Of a stretch of DNA of 64,000 nt, positions 12,769 to 26,400 are shown in pieces. The notes under the pieces were generated by a model that did not search any database, was not told where the DNA came from, and was given only the letters and a program-made list of their open reading frames with translations. The position numbers and the translations under genes are program-made. Each line of letters opens with the position of its first letter. The first letter of the stretch is position 1. Origin of the DNA: Adineta vaga (lineage: Eukaryota; Animalia; Rotifera); NCBI GenBank assembly GCA_021613535.1, contig CP075495.1:372001-436000 (forward strand), given 5' to 3'.

Positions 12769-15700
12769 ATGAATTCGAATAAAAAGACAAAAGTAATAAC
12801 ACAAGATAATTATTCTGATATTAAACTGATATCTATTCGATGTATTGATGAAGATAAAAATAATCATTCTTATATATCAGATACAATCGGTAATTTACAA
12901 GATCAAAAATTAACATCTCATCGTAATGTTTCAAGAAAAACAAATTCTCGACTTGTAGAAACAACATCCGAATCATTACCATCACCAAAATCACATATAA
13001 TTCATCAGATTGAGACAAATCTTAATCATCTACAAGGATATTCTCAACAACCACTCTTACCATTATCTAAAGCTTGTGAACCACTCAATGATATTTTTCA
13101 GAATTTATCATTTTATGTTCAACAAGCATTAAATGAAACATCTGAACAACCAAAAGATGGATTAACCATCGATGAAAGTGCTTCAATTCGTCTTTATACA
13201 TTAGAATGGCAAAGTGCACATCAAAGTCTTTATTCATTACTTAATTTTACTTTAAAGAATGGAAATCGTGATGATCTTTTACCATATTTTAAATATCTTA
13301 AACTATTGTTAACTGCTCTAGTTAAATTACCATGTGTTCCATCATCAACAGTTTGGCGAGGAGTAACGAGAAATTTAAGTTCTGATTTTCCTCCTGGTAC
13401 TGAAATAACATGGTGGTCATTTTCATCATGTACAAATGAAATGACTGTACTTGAAAATAATATGTTTTTGGGTAATCAAGGTGATCGAACATTATTTTCT
13501 GTTGAAACAATAAATTGTCGAACAATTCGTGAACATTCACATTTTATTACTGAAGATGAAGTTCTTCTTTTACCTGGAACACAAATGATTGTTCAATCAC
13601 AATTATCTCCAGCACCTGATCTTTATATAATTCATTTAAAACAAATTCTACCTAAACAAATTTTATTAGAACTTCCTTTTGAAGGTAAAACTAATGATAA
13701 AATTTATAGATAAATTAAATTAGATTTAATTCCTATAGGTGCCCATCTTTATCCTAAACCTGAGTAAGTTTGATCTGTGTGATTGATTTCTGACGTGAGC
13801 ATATTTTCTATGAATATTATAGACGTCAATGGTATCGAAAGAAAAGATTTCTTATTCCAATAAGTTTTTTGATGATTCTAATGATTGGTAGTATCATCAT
13901 TGGTTCTATTCTTGGAACAAAATCGAAGAAAAATTTAGAAGGTATGCGAGTTTTATTAAGTAACTACATCTATAATGTTGATTATTTTAGTATTGAAATG
14001 CGATAAACCATTTCTATCGTCTCTCTACTATCGAACTGGAAGAAGTCCAGAATTTGTCACAGTTGGATACTTTGATGACAACAATGAATTAGATGTGGCA
14101 GTAGTTAATTATGTCGATAGTAGTGTTATGTTATTTCTTGGTAATGGTGATGGATCACTTCATGTTCCAGGAGTTAATAAAGTTGGGAAATCTCCGTCTT
14201 CTATAACTAAAGGTGATTTCAATAGTGATAATCAAACAGATCTGGTAGTAACCAATAACAAAGATGGCACAATTAGTATATTATTTGGACGAGGTAATGG
14301 AATTTTCCAAACTTCAGTCAATTATTATATTGGAACAAGTATTCTTTACTTAATATCAGCTGATTTCAACAATGATCACAAAGCAGATTTAGCAATATGT
14401 GCTGGACGTCAGAACCAAATTTATGTATTATTTGGAAATGGAAATGGTAGTTTCCCAATTGCAACGACCTATGCAGTTGGTAAAGGTGTAGGATCGATTA
14501 CATCAGATGATTTTAATCAAGATGGAAATCTTGATCTCGCAGTAACGAATTATAATGAAAATAGTATCAGTATATTGTTTGGCAATAGAGATGGAATATT
14601 TCAAAATCAATTAAAGTATTATGTTGGTGAAAAACCATCACGTATAATATCTGGTAATTTCAATTACGATAATATACTCGATCTCGTAGTAGTGAATAGT
14701 GATGAGGAAACGATTACTGTTTTGTTAGGAAATGGAAACGGATCTTTTCAGATTGGAATAAATTATATCGTTGGTGAAGAACCTCGTCATGTTGTATCAG
14801 GTGATTTTAATAAAGATGATAATCTTGATCTTGCAATAGCTGTTAGTTTAGAAAACAGTATTATTGTGTTACATGGTAATAGGAATGGTTCATTTAAGTT
14901 TTCGATGAATTATTCAGTTGGTACCTTTCCAATCGCTATCGTGTCAGATGATTTCGATCAGGACGGTTATCTCGATCTTATAGTATCTAACTTTGATGAC
15001 CACACTATTAGTATTCTATTGGGTAATGTTAATGGACTATTTCAAGTGTCTACGTTCTATGCTGTTGGTAGGGGACCACTTTCATTAATTATAGCTGATT
15101 TTGATCATGATTATAAATTGGATATAGCGATACTTTGTAGTGATGATAATCATGTTATAATACTTGTAGGAAAAGAAAATGGTACATTTCAAACTCCCAT
15201 GAATTATAATGTTGGTAAAAATCCTAGTTTCATCATATCGAAAGATTTCAACAATGACAATAAAGCTGATCTTGCTATAGTCAACATATGGGGAGACTCA
15301 ACCTTAAGAGTATTGATTGGAAAAGGAAATGCAATGTTTCATAAACCAATGAACTATTTCATTGGTGGTTCATCAAATTTGATAGAATTAGGAGATTTTA
15401 ATAATGATAATATACTAGATCTAGTAATATCTGACGAATTTGAAAATGTCACTAATATGTCCATTGGTAATGGCGATGGTACTTTTCAGACTTCACTAAG
15501 TTCATCTGCTGGTCCTTTACCACGTCATATCATATCTGGTGATTTCAACAAAGATGCTAAACTGGATATAGTAGTTGTAAATTACGGAATAGGTTTCAGT
15601 ATTTTACTTGGTTTTGGTAATGGTACCTTTCAAGTTCCAAGATCGTTTACTACTGATTATAAACCAATACGTTTAATAGCAGGTGATTTTAATAATGATA

Positions 15701-16068
15701 AAAAACTCGATCTTATTATAGGTAATGATATAGATGGTACTATTAGTGTTTTGTTGGGTAAGGAAAATGAACGATTTGAGATATTGATACATTATCAAAT
15801 TGGTTTATCAATTTGGTTTATGATATCAAATGATTTTAATAATGATAATATATTAGATCTGATAGTAATTTGTAATGATGATAATACTATAAGATTATTT
15901 CTTGGTTATGGAAATGGAACTTTTCGTAATCCATTATTATATACGATTGAAGGTAAAGTATCATTTGTTACGGCAGGTGATCTTAATCATGACAAGAAAT
16001 TAGATCTTATTGTAACAGGTAGAGATTCTTCAAGATTATATACTTTTTTAAATACTTGTCAAGATTAA
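12769..16068 (+). CDS. Type II membrane protein: cytoplasmic ARTC-type (R-S-E) ADP-ribosyltransferase + TM helix + 14 FG-GAP/VCBS repeats (4 exons)
   Basis: TVWRG, WWSFSSCT and TEDEVLLLPG catalytic motifs. Small exons at ~13739-13763 and ~13823-13941 encode GAHLYPKPE and RQWYRKKRFLIPISFLMILMIGSIIIGSILG (TM). Last exon has 14 DFNxDxxxD repeats. Confidence 0.85.
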
Positions 16069-16213
16069 TAATTTATATTAGAAATACATTTCAGAACAAT
16101 TAATTGACCAACAAATCATTATCATTTCTGATTTTTTTATTTCTTTTTCAATATTCAATTGAATAAATCAATAAATAATTGCTCCTAATCGATATATAAT
16201 CTATGTTTAGATT

Positions 16214-16278
16214 ATCTTGAGGGTGTGGGTGAGATCGAGGATTGAATTTAAGAGTATACCCTCACTCACATCCTCAAC
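16214..16278 (+). repeat. Short telomere-repeat-tipped inverted-repeat element
   Basis: ATCTTGAGGGTGTGGGTGAG...CTCACTCACATCCTCAA forms an imperfect hairpin. Confidence 0.65.
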
Positions 16279-16703
16279 GACGTTATCATCTTTCAAATAA
16301 AGATGAAAAGAAAACTTAAGTTTACTTGTACTCTATCTCAGAGTAAATGTGAGTAAAGCTACGATATCTATAAATTGCGTTATATATTTGTAGTCATATA
16401 CAATATAAAAATATTTTGACTCGAAAATATCAGTACTCGAACTCGTACTTTAAGAATTATTGAGAGGTAACGAACGTAGACTGTGCTATCATGAGCACGT
16501 AAAGTACGTTGAAGTGCGAAAGGATAATACTTTTCTACATTAAAAACATGACCTATCTCTCTTTTGTTTATGTCCTTTTCTTTTTCCACAGAACGAGAAA
16601 AAAAAAGGTTACCTGTCGCTAATCATATATAAAGAATCGGACGAAACAAATAAAAGCATACAATATATTCCATCGATATATTCTCTCTTCTCTTCAAGAC
16701 AAT

Positions 16704-18477
16704 ATGTTCTTTCTACCAATAATCTTATTTATAATATTGATTTTATTATTAATATATTATGTATTTTTACTTCAACAACGTTATGAATATTTTAATCAAC
16801 GTCATATACCAACACCACCATTTCAATTCTTCTTTGGTCATTTTAAAACATTATGGAATAGTTCATCTTATCATCGTCAACTTGAAAATTGGACAAAAGA
16901 ATATGGAAAGATTTTTGGAATATATGAAGGTAGTCTTCCTATATTTGTTGTAAGTGATCCAGATTTTCTTCAAGAAGCTTTTATCAAACAATTCTCCATA
17001 TTTCATGCACGAAAGAAAACTATATTAGATAGTTCAAGTCATGATATTGTTTTCAGTTCTGGTACAAAATGGAGACGTCAACGTCATGTGATTAATCCAA
17101 CATTTACTGCAGCTAAATTAAAAACAATGAGTCCATTAATGAATGCATGTATTACTGATTTAATGAAAAAAATACCTAATCATGTAGAAAATGGTGAAGA
17201 ATTTAATATTTATTCGTATTATAAACGAATGACAATGGATGTTATATGTAATTAAATATATAATTTAATCTTTTCTTAATATTAATTATATATATATATA
17301 TATATGTTTATTTATAGGTCGTTGTGCATTTGGAATTGATACTGATTTACAAAATAATCGTGATAATATTTATTTCAAAAAAATTCGAGAATTATTTTCT
17401 AGTAATACTATTGGTAAAAGTTGGTTATTTAGATCTGGTCAACTTTTACCTGAAATTCATAATATTCTTTCAAAAGTCTTTTCTCTTAATAATAATTTTC
17501 GTCTTTTTATTAATACTCAATTTTTACCATTATTTTCATCAACATTACAAATAAATGAAATGCCAATTATGTGGCTTCTTAATCGATTAAAATCAATTGT
17601 TGAACATCGTCAACAAATAAACATTTCTCGAAATGATCTTTTACAACTTATGTTACAAGTGATGACTAAAGAAACAATTAATGTAAATTAAATAATATTT
17701 TATTAATTAGAAAATTTTAATATTTATTTTTTATAGGATATTATAGATAATAATAAAACTAATTATCAACTAACAGAACAAGAAGTTATTGGAAATATCT
17801 TTGCTTTTATGGCAGCTGGTTATGAAACAACATCAACTGCTTTAGCATGTGCGACATATGTTCTCGCTACACATCCAGATATTCTTGAAAAACTTCAAGC
17901 TGAAATTGATCAACTACCATTGAGTACAGATAATAATAATGATGATGATGATGAAATGAAGAAATATCCTGATTATGATGTTGTTGCACAATTATCTTAT
18001 ATGGATATGTTCGTTTCAGAAGTATTGAGAATGTATCCTATCGTTCCTGGAATTATTCAAAGACGTGCGATGGAAGATACAATTGTCAAAGGAATTAAGA
18101 TTGATAAAGGTATAATTTTGAATGATAAGAATGTATATTTATATTTTCTATTTGTTTAAGGTTCCATAATACAAACTTCTGTTTATGCAATTCATTTTGA
18201 TTCTGAACTTTGGGGTCCAGAAGATCCGTATTTATTTGTACCTGAACGTCATCAGATCAAACGTCATCCAATGGCATATTTACCGTTTGGAGCAGGTCCA
18301 CGACATTGTGTTGGTATGCGATTTGCACTTATTGAAATAAAAATTTTATTAGTAAGAATACTTCGTGAATATAATATTTTACCTGGTGAAAATCTTGAAA
18401 ATAAATTCAAGATACTCGATCAAGCTGTTGTTGCACCGGAAGAAGTTTGGGTGAAATTAGTAAAACGAGACAATTAA
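16704..18477 (+). CDS. Cytochrome P450, CYP3 clan (4 exons)
   Basis: N-terminal anchor plus PTPP, WRRQR, AGYETTS, EVLR, PER and heme motif PFGAGPRHCVG; GT-AG introns near 17248, 17683 and 18110. Confidence 0.95.
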
Positions 18478-18916
18478 CTTTTTTTAAATATCAACGATAT
18501 ATTATTATTTTATCGTTATTAGAAGAGATATTAAAAGTGGATTGATTCTCAATCTTGTAAGGATGAGTTGAGAAAACATGGAAATTCGTCTGATTAGTCA
18601 GGTTTTTTTTTTACCATTTTGATTCATAAAAATTTTTTTATCGTAAATCTGTAATTCAATTATATAAAATAATTCTCTTTGATAATTAAAAAAGAAGAAA
18701 AGATAATTTATGTAATCTATTTTTTAAGCTTTAAATTTATTCTCTAATTATATTTTTCAATAATTATAAAGATAAAATTTTTATCTCATATAATTAAAGA
18801 AAATGGAAATGATTCGTCAATTTATTCTTAAAAAGAATTCTTTTTCTCTTCAATTAAAAAAAATACGATGAACATTCTTAAAAAAACAAAGACAAGAATA
18901 TTATAAGATATTTCAT

Positions 18917-19960
18917 ATGAATACCGATTATATCACTTCACTTTATTTTATACGATCTAAATTTGCTATTTATGTTTCAATTCCAATTTGTTTAATAAGT
19001 ATTATTGGTGAATTATTTAGTATATTTGTTTTTCTTAGTTTAAAAACATTTCGAGAAAATTCCTGTGGATTTTATTTAATGTCAATGTCATTATTTAATT
19101 TAATTCGTTTTATTTTCAGTACATCATTTATTACAATATCAATGGCATTTCCAGTTAATTTTACCTCAATTCTTTTATTTTATTGTCGAATTCGAAGTTT
19201 TATTGTTGGAATATGTAATCTATCTGCTATAACATGTTTATGTTTAGCTATAATTGATCAATATTTAGCAACATGTTCTCATCTTCGATTACCACAATGG
19301 TCAAATATTCGTATAGCTCATCGTCTTACAATAATAATAACAATTATATGGATTTGTCATGGAATACCATTTATTCTTTATTTTAATCAATTATCACCAA
19401 TAAATCCAGCTATTTGTATTTTATCTCAATCAAATTTTCTTCAATATAATGTTTACGTTTATTTTATAACATATGGAAATTTATTTCCATTAATTGCAAT
19501 TATTTTTGGTTTATTAGCTTTTCGAAATGCACGAAGTTTAACAATGAGAACAAATCCAATTGTTCGACGTGAATTAGATAAACAATTAACAACAATGGTT
19601 CTTGTTGAAATTTGTGTTTATGTTTGTACTTATACACCATTTTCAATAACAAATTCAATTTCATCATTAAATACAAATTTAAATCCAATATTTCTTGCAC
19701 AATTAAGTTTAATCAATGCAATTACATTAACATTATCTTTTCTAAGCAATGGTGTAAGAAAGGCGGTTTTTGTTTAATCAAAAATTAAAATTTTATTCTT
19801 TTTTTGTTTTCTTTAGAATTCATTTTATACATATATTTGTGTATCAAAAAGATTTCGTCGTCAAGCTAAATATGTTTTATATGATTTACATATGAATAGA
19901 TGTCGACAAAATCGAATTATTCCAAATAATATAGAAATTCAAACAATGACAATGAAATAA
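18917..19960 (+). CDS. Class A (rhodopsin-like) GPCR, 2 exons
   Basis: Seven hydrophobic segments, CLAIIDQYLATC, RRELDKQLTTMVL; the last exon from 19817 encodes FYTYICVSKRFRRQ. Confidence 0.9.
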
Positions 19961-21094
19961 AACGAAATCTTGTTTCAATTCAATAAAATTGTACTTTATT
20001 AAATGAATTTTGTGTATAATATATTGATCTAATTATTATAATAAAACAATCCAATGTTTATTTTGAGAAGAGAATCAGTCTGACATATTATTTCTTATTA
20101 TTAACTGAAGAGATTTCTTTTGAAGTTAATGAAGATATAATTATATCAAACAAAACGTATAAGTTCTGAATATACCCATACTATGTTGTCGAAAATGACT
20201 TGAAAAGATTTCTTAAAAATGTTGTTAACATTTTATGCTCAAGTTAAATATAATATCTTATTAGATTTCTATGATTGGCTGAGCCGCGACCGTGAAAGGG
20301 TCTGCGAGAAAACGTCGGTAAGGACTAAAATTATTTTCTAACTTCAAATATATGGTTTGAAAGATCATTTAGTTTTATAATCAAATCCAAAACTTTTCTA
20401 TAAAAATTTCAATCTGAACCAATCTTTTCTCATCTCTTTATGATCATGTTATATTTTAGATATATTTCGACTAAAATTAGTATTTTAAAGTTTTCTCTTG
20501 AACGGATAGAGCTATCATACTGGTTCAACTTCTATTTAATAGATCTTGATACATCAACAGAAAAAATAAAAATTATCAGGTTTATGTATTATTCTTCTTC
20601 GAAACTGGATAGTCGCGAAGATAGAAAATGGAGATGTACAAGTGTGCATTTTTCTCAATTTAGATTCTCTCTCTCGATCCTGGTCTGGAAACCATCAAAG
20701 ATGTTTTTCCTTCACCTTCTAGAGCTTTTCAAACTGCATCTAACCATATAAAACTGTTAATACCAATTTAACACAATTCTATGCAACAAAATTTACAAAT
20801 GTTTCCTTCAATATTATTTCATATTTTAAAAATACAATATCTCAACAATAACAGAGTTTGGAGATGAACCATTTTAGAACTTTTGTTTACACTATGAGCT
20901 GTTTTGATCAAAGATAGGCGATTTATTACTCATCTTCAAGTTGGGAAATACCTGATCATTAATTAATAGAAGAAAACAAAAACGAAAAGGAAGAAACACC
21001 TGTACGGAAAAAACCAAGGAAGTGTAGACGGGCAATTCAAATATATACCTTAAGTAACAACGTTTTCTTTTATAGAAACAAGACGAAGAAGATT

Positions 21095-21802
21095 ATGAAT
21101 CGTATTGAAAGATTGACTACTAATCAAACTCATAGTGAATTATTTCAATGTTCAAATTGTACAGGAAAAACATCGATATTAGAAAATGAAATATGTGATT
21201 TTTGTTGGTATGATTTTGAAGCAACAGAAGATGAACGTCAAATTGTAAATAAATCAAATGAATTTCGTGAATTATCGGTTCATCAATGGTTTGAAAAATT
21301 CCAAGTGATAAAAGTTTCATCAAGATTATTTTCATCAATAAGTATAATGCATATCTTACACGATTATTTTCGTTCATCATCAAAAAAAATCGAAAGTTGT
21401 GATTGTTTACGTGTTGCAATGACAATATTTCCTGATGGTGTTCATTGGTTACGACGACTTTTAGGAGGTTTTTTAACAATTGACAAAAAACCAACATCAA
21501 ACGAACGAATTTATAAATTTCATTCAACACATGGGAGAACACCAATTTGGTATAAAATAACAAAAAATGAAATTGATTCGAAAATTAAATGGTCATGGAC
21601 ACCTTATAATCCATTAAAAACAAAAGATAATTCAATATGGATATCATGTCCACAATTACTTGTTTCTCATGGTATTTATGAAAATGAAATACCAATTTCT
21701 GATCATGTTTTTATTATTATGTTTTTACATATTTATCGACCTAATCTACGATTTAATGATTGGGATAATCAATCAATTGAAGATTATAAATTATATATAT
21801 AA
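21095..21802 (+). CDS. Hypothetical protein with N-terminal CxxC...CxxC
   Basis: 235-aa ATG-initiated ORF, too long to be random at this AT content; no family recognised. Confidence 0.6.
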   Translation: MNRIERLTTNQTHSELFQCSNCTGKTSILENEICDFCWYDFEATEDERQIVNKSNEFRELSVHQWFEKFQVIKVSSRLFSSISIMHILHDYFRSSSKKIESCDCLRVAMTIFPDGVHWLRRLLGGFLTIDKKPTSNERIYKFHSTHGRTPIWYKITKNEIDSKIKWSWTPYNPLKTKDNSIWISCPQLLVSHGIYENEIPISDHVFIIMFLHIYRPNLRFNDWDNQSIEDYKLYI

Positions 21803-21999
21803 AATTATTTCATCATAATCAACATTTATTTAAATTACAATTTTATAATAAAAAATAATCAATGATTAAATAATTGATTTTCACGTCTCAGAAACCAAAT
21901 AAATGTATGTCAAACAGATTTCGTCAAGTACGAATGAGAATGTCGGTAGAAATTGAAATTTTTAGAATAAAGAAGTCTTCATTTTTCTAATTATAATCA

Positions 22000-22738
22000 C
22001 CTTTTTTGATCGATAGAAATCATAGAATAAAAGCTACTCTTGTTTTTGTGTTATACGACAAAATCATTTTGAAAAATACGAGATGAAAAACATTGTCATG
22101 ATCAATTTAAACAAAAGAAAAAGATAATTCATGTTCAAGTTCGATCAAATAAAAAGAAGAAAAATTCAAAATCTTCAATAATAATTCGAAGTGAAAGTTA
22201 TACCGAAGAGAAAAACAATCAAAAATATAATTCAAAAGTAAGAATTATTCATTCAATTTTGATGGATGATTTTGAATTATTTTTGTAGAAAAGTTTTGAA
22301 CTTCCCAATGATCATCATCGAAAACAGAAGAAAAAGTAAATAAATCATTCTATTCTCTCGATAGTCAGGATTGATCTTCCTTTAAAACAAAAAAAACGTG
22401 ACGGTACATCTCTAATCGATGAAGATCGAGTGTATCTGTCTTATCACGGAGTAATATAATTTTTCTATTGAATTAGATTTACAAAACAACATCTATTGAT
22501 TGTTTCAATAATTTCACTAATTCTTCTACTTAGTTTATTTCTTCCATTAATTTTAATTAAATCAAAAACAATTTCTAAGAGTAACAAATCTCGTTTCTTT
22601 TTTTATCAATAATCAAATTTCATTGTCTTTTTTAATTTAGTTTCAACACCTGTTTTACGATGGAATTCAACTGGTATAACCATCTTGAGGGGTGTGGGTG
22701 AGGGGTGGGTGTGGGTGGGTGTGGGTGTGGGTTGGTGA
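22000..22738 (+). pseudogene. 5' part of a type II membrane NHL-repeat-type gene, truncated
   Basis: Spliced exons give a TM helix (HLLIVSIISLILLLSLFLPLILI), then ISTPVLRWNSTGITI, which runs directly into G-rich repeats. The 5' boundary is approximate. Confidence 0.6.
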
Positions 22739-22891
22739 ACGTGGGTGGATTTAGTATATTAATTCATCGTGAAAGATCTGTTCTCTCTATTTATTTTAGT
22801 TATCAAGCTCTTGCTATCTCATTTTCATTACTGTAAAGATGTGTGAGAGATGAAGATGATACCTATCCTCATTCTCACTCACATCCACACC
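22682..22891 (+). repeat. Interstitial telomere-like tract (TGTGGG/TGAGGG variants) with an inverted C-rich end
   Basis: ATCTTGAGGGGTGTGGGTGAGGGGTGGGTGTGGGTGGGTGTGGGTGTGGG at 22682-22731; CTCACTCACATCCACACCCT at ~22874-22893. Confidence 0.75.
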
Positions 22892-23477
22892 CTTATTCTT
22901 AATGTTTAGTTGATAGCTGAATATAAAAACTGATATGTAAGAGTATTTTATCAGTCTCTTTGTCTCGTTATCGAACAAACATGAGAGAAAAGAGACGCGA
23001 GAAGACAAAGATCGGAATGTCAGTGCTTTTGAATAGTATAATTAACTTTCTTCTTATCATCTTATGAGTAGAGAAAAAAAGAAATATAGTTTCATTTTTT
23101 TGCTTACTTTAATATATTTGTTTTTGTTGATAAAAACAGCGATATAAAAGTGCTACAATTCACATGAAGTATTTCATTTCATCAGATATCGTCCGGTGAA
23201 ACTAAAAGGTATGTGACTCCTTTTGCTGCGCAGGATCTCAAGACATTTTTTCTTACTAATGAATTTTCTGTATGGTCGATCTATAGAATCAAATTCTCAT
23301 ATAATCTATTCTTGAGTATATTTATAGAACATTTTCCAGCTTTAGAATCCAACGCTTTTAAAAGCCTAAAATACTTAAATTTGCTTTGACAAAAAGTGAC
23401 AATGATTAATTGAAACCTTTTGATCTAATACTTTGTTTTGTAATGTCTTTAGAAAATTGTTTTCATTATCGAAGATA

Positions 23478-26400
23478 ATGAGCGTCGAAAACGTGCTAAA
23501 GTCAAACGATAATTCGATTGGCGTGGAAGATGATCAGAAAAATGATATTACAAATAAAGCAAATCAATTCGAAGAAGGTAAGGACAAATAATTTGCTATC
23601 AAGAGTTCGAGGAAACATTCTTCTTTTCTAATGATGACTTTGAAAAATGATGCCGAGATCAATTTATCCATTTTGATCTTTATTTATAGGATTTCCGAAC
23701 GATGTCATTGGCGAAGATGAAAATACACGACGGACCTTAGTAAATCGATTACATTTAGCAAGTCAACTCGAACATTGTTTATTGAATGCTTATATTTACA
23801 CAGCCTGTTCGATTAAAAGTATTCCAGAAGAATTCGACGAACTCATCGATGGTCATCGAAATAGGCGTATGTCTATTCAATTTGAACGCGCACGTGAATG
23901 GAAACAAAGTGTGCTGATGGTAGCTCATGAAGAAATGATTCATCTCCATTATGTTCAATGTATGCTACGAGCACTCGGTGAAAGACCCTACTTTCAATTA
24001 CCACAAAAGAACGAAAAACATCATTGGTGGATCCCTAATTGGAAACCTAAGATTGGAGAAATTTTGGTAAATGATGGCAAAGGCACAATCGTTCCAATTG
24101 AATCGTGTACGCTTGAAAGTATAAAGCATTTCGTTCTATACGAATCGAGCGATCCTCTTCAAGTCATGGATCCTTTTGGCCAAGAAGCAACAAAATTATT
24201 TGAAAGATTATTCAATTTCGAAATTCGTCTTCGCATCGAAAGCATGTTAGCCGATATTGATGATACAATGCGCAACGATTTGGCTGAGAAACTGTTCAAA
24301 ATCTATACAGAGTTACCACCATTAGTGGAAACAGTACAAAAAATCCAAGCAGTTTCCTACGCCGCCGAGCTGCAGATCGACAAGGATGAATTTCATTTTC
24401 AATCAATTGGCGATTTCTATAATAATGGAATAGAACCATTGTACGACATAGCATTTGAAAAAAAATGGGTTAAATACAACAATATAGATCTTTTGGGTGA
24501 ACAACTTAATCCCAATATTGGTGCTGAAGGTTTTCTACCAGTTGGACCCATCTATCGATCTAAGAATTTTGAAAAAGAAGTTCATTCACCGAATTCAAAA
24601 GATCCTTATGATAATCGAAAGAATATAAGTAGAATTATCAAAGAAATAGTTGAAGAAGGTGAAGGATTCAATGAATTCAAGCAGAAAGCGGAATACATGC
24701 TGGATATAGTCGAAAAACCCGATGGTGCTCGCAATTATTTACTGGCATTATCTGCAGATATAAATAAAAAGAGTACTGAAACATCAGAATTTCTGCCAAC
24801 ATGCCAAAATGTAAGACAATCACATTTGTATCGTTTTGCTATGATAATGACGGCTTTTAAACAAGAAAAAAAACTAGCTAATCAAGTGAATACAACATTT
24901 GAAGTACATCGACAGCCGATAGATGTCAACGAAAATATCGAACTTAAACATATTTGCGAACAATTGCCACTCTATTTTAATGCTTGCTATCTTGTTATGA
25001 TTATGTGGCTTTCAAGAATGTATGAAGTCAAAGGATGGCAATTCGACAAATCTCGACGTCAAGCAATCGAAATGATTGCCACATGGCCTATAATGTCAAT
25101 TGGTGTTCGTCCTTTTCTGGAATTAGCCTCTTTTTTTCCAATTGATAAGATCAAATTGTTTTCAATCTGCTTGGATGATCTTCCTTCGTTGCCTGATAAT
25201 GCTCGTCAACTGTTTAAAATATACAGTGAAAGTGAAAGATCGGAAGAGATTAATGAAAAATTGGACGAATTTGCTTTGAACACATTGAAAGATATTGCTA
25301 AATGGGCAGAAGAAAAGCATAAGATCATAGAGAATTTGGCCATTACTGGTCATGAAAAAAAAATGATTCTCGCACGTCTAACTGGTCTCACCGTACTCAA
25401 AGAATTTGAACCGCAATTCACATTTCGGGAACATGGTGGCTATTCAAATAAACCGCCAGATCTCAGCTATCAATGGCAACATACTGACAGCAGCAAGTAC
25501 GAAGAAAATCCAGCGAGAACAGATGAAAATGATGATCCAATTAAAGTCTTTGAGAATATACTGTTACTACGTCTGCGTTTCTCAGGCTGGGGACACGCAC
25601 AACTGGCGACTGATCCAGATCCTCCGAACGATGAAAGTGGTTGTACAGGTACACATATGATACATGCAGCAGATGGAGAACGAGTCTTAAATCGTGCTCT
25701 TGTATGGCAAAAACATTTGAACGATCCTACTGAATTTGCTCGCGAACCCACCAATAATTTGCCGAAAATCGGTGTCAACTGCGTCAACATTTCTCTGATG
25801 GCTTCTGGTGAACATACAAAAGTGGGGTACATACCTTTATCAGTTATGCAATCGACGGGAGCCGTACAGACCAGCGGTACACAAATGGAACTTAGTATAC
25901 AGGGTCTAAACGAAGTCTTGCGATATACGCCGAATGATATTATTGAACAACCAGAAACACAAATACGCATCGATCTGTTGGACAAAGATGGAAAGAAACC
26001 ATTTCTGCTAGGAGAAAATCATTTGATTTGGAAGGATGGCGAACCGATCGATCCCTTTATTCTCTCCATCTCAAGTGTTCCAAACGAAACATCGAGTCAA
26101 GATATGAAATTGGAATTTCAACGAGAAATCTTTAATGAAAACAAATCTATGACCAATATGATGCCATTAGAACGTCTTCTTACAGCGCGTGGACCGGTAG
26201 GATTTGATAATGTATCAAATATACCAGCATGGGCTAAACTTCATTTCTTCAATGATGAAACAAAAATGTTAACACAAAACGAATATCCAAAGAATTATCT
26301 ACAAAAACGGGCACATCATCTGTTCAAGGTAATGCACGAAAAACTAGACACACACATTGAACAATTGACGGCTGAACAGGTGACTGATATTATTTCATTT

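Noticed and set aside
20240-20900. Possible transposon remnant with a 103-aa ORF
   Set aside because: No convincing TIR pair, TSD or transposase motif found by eye.
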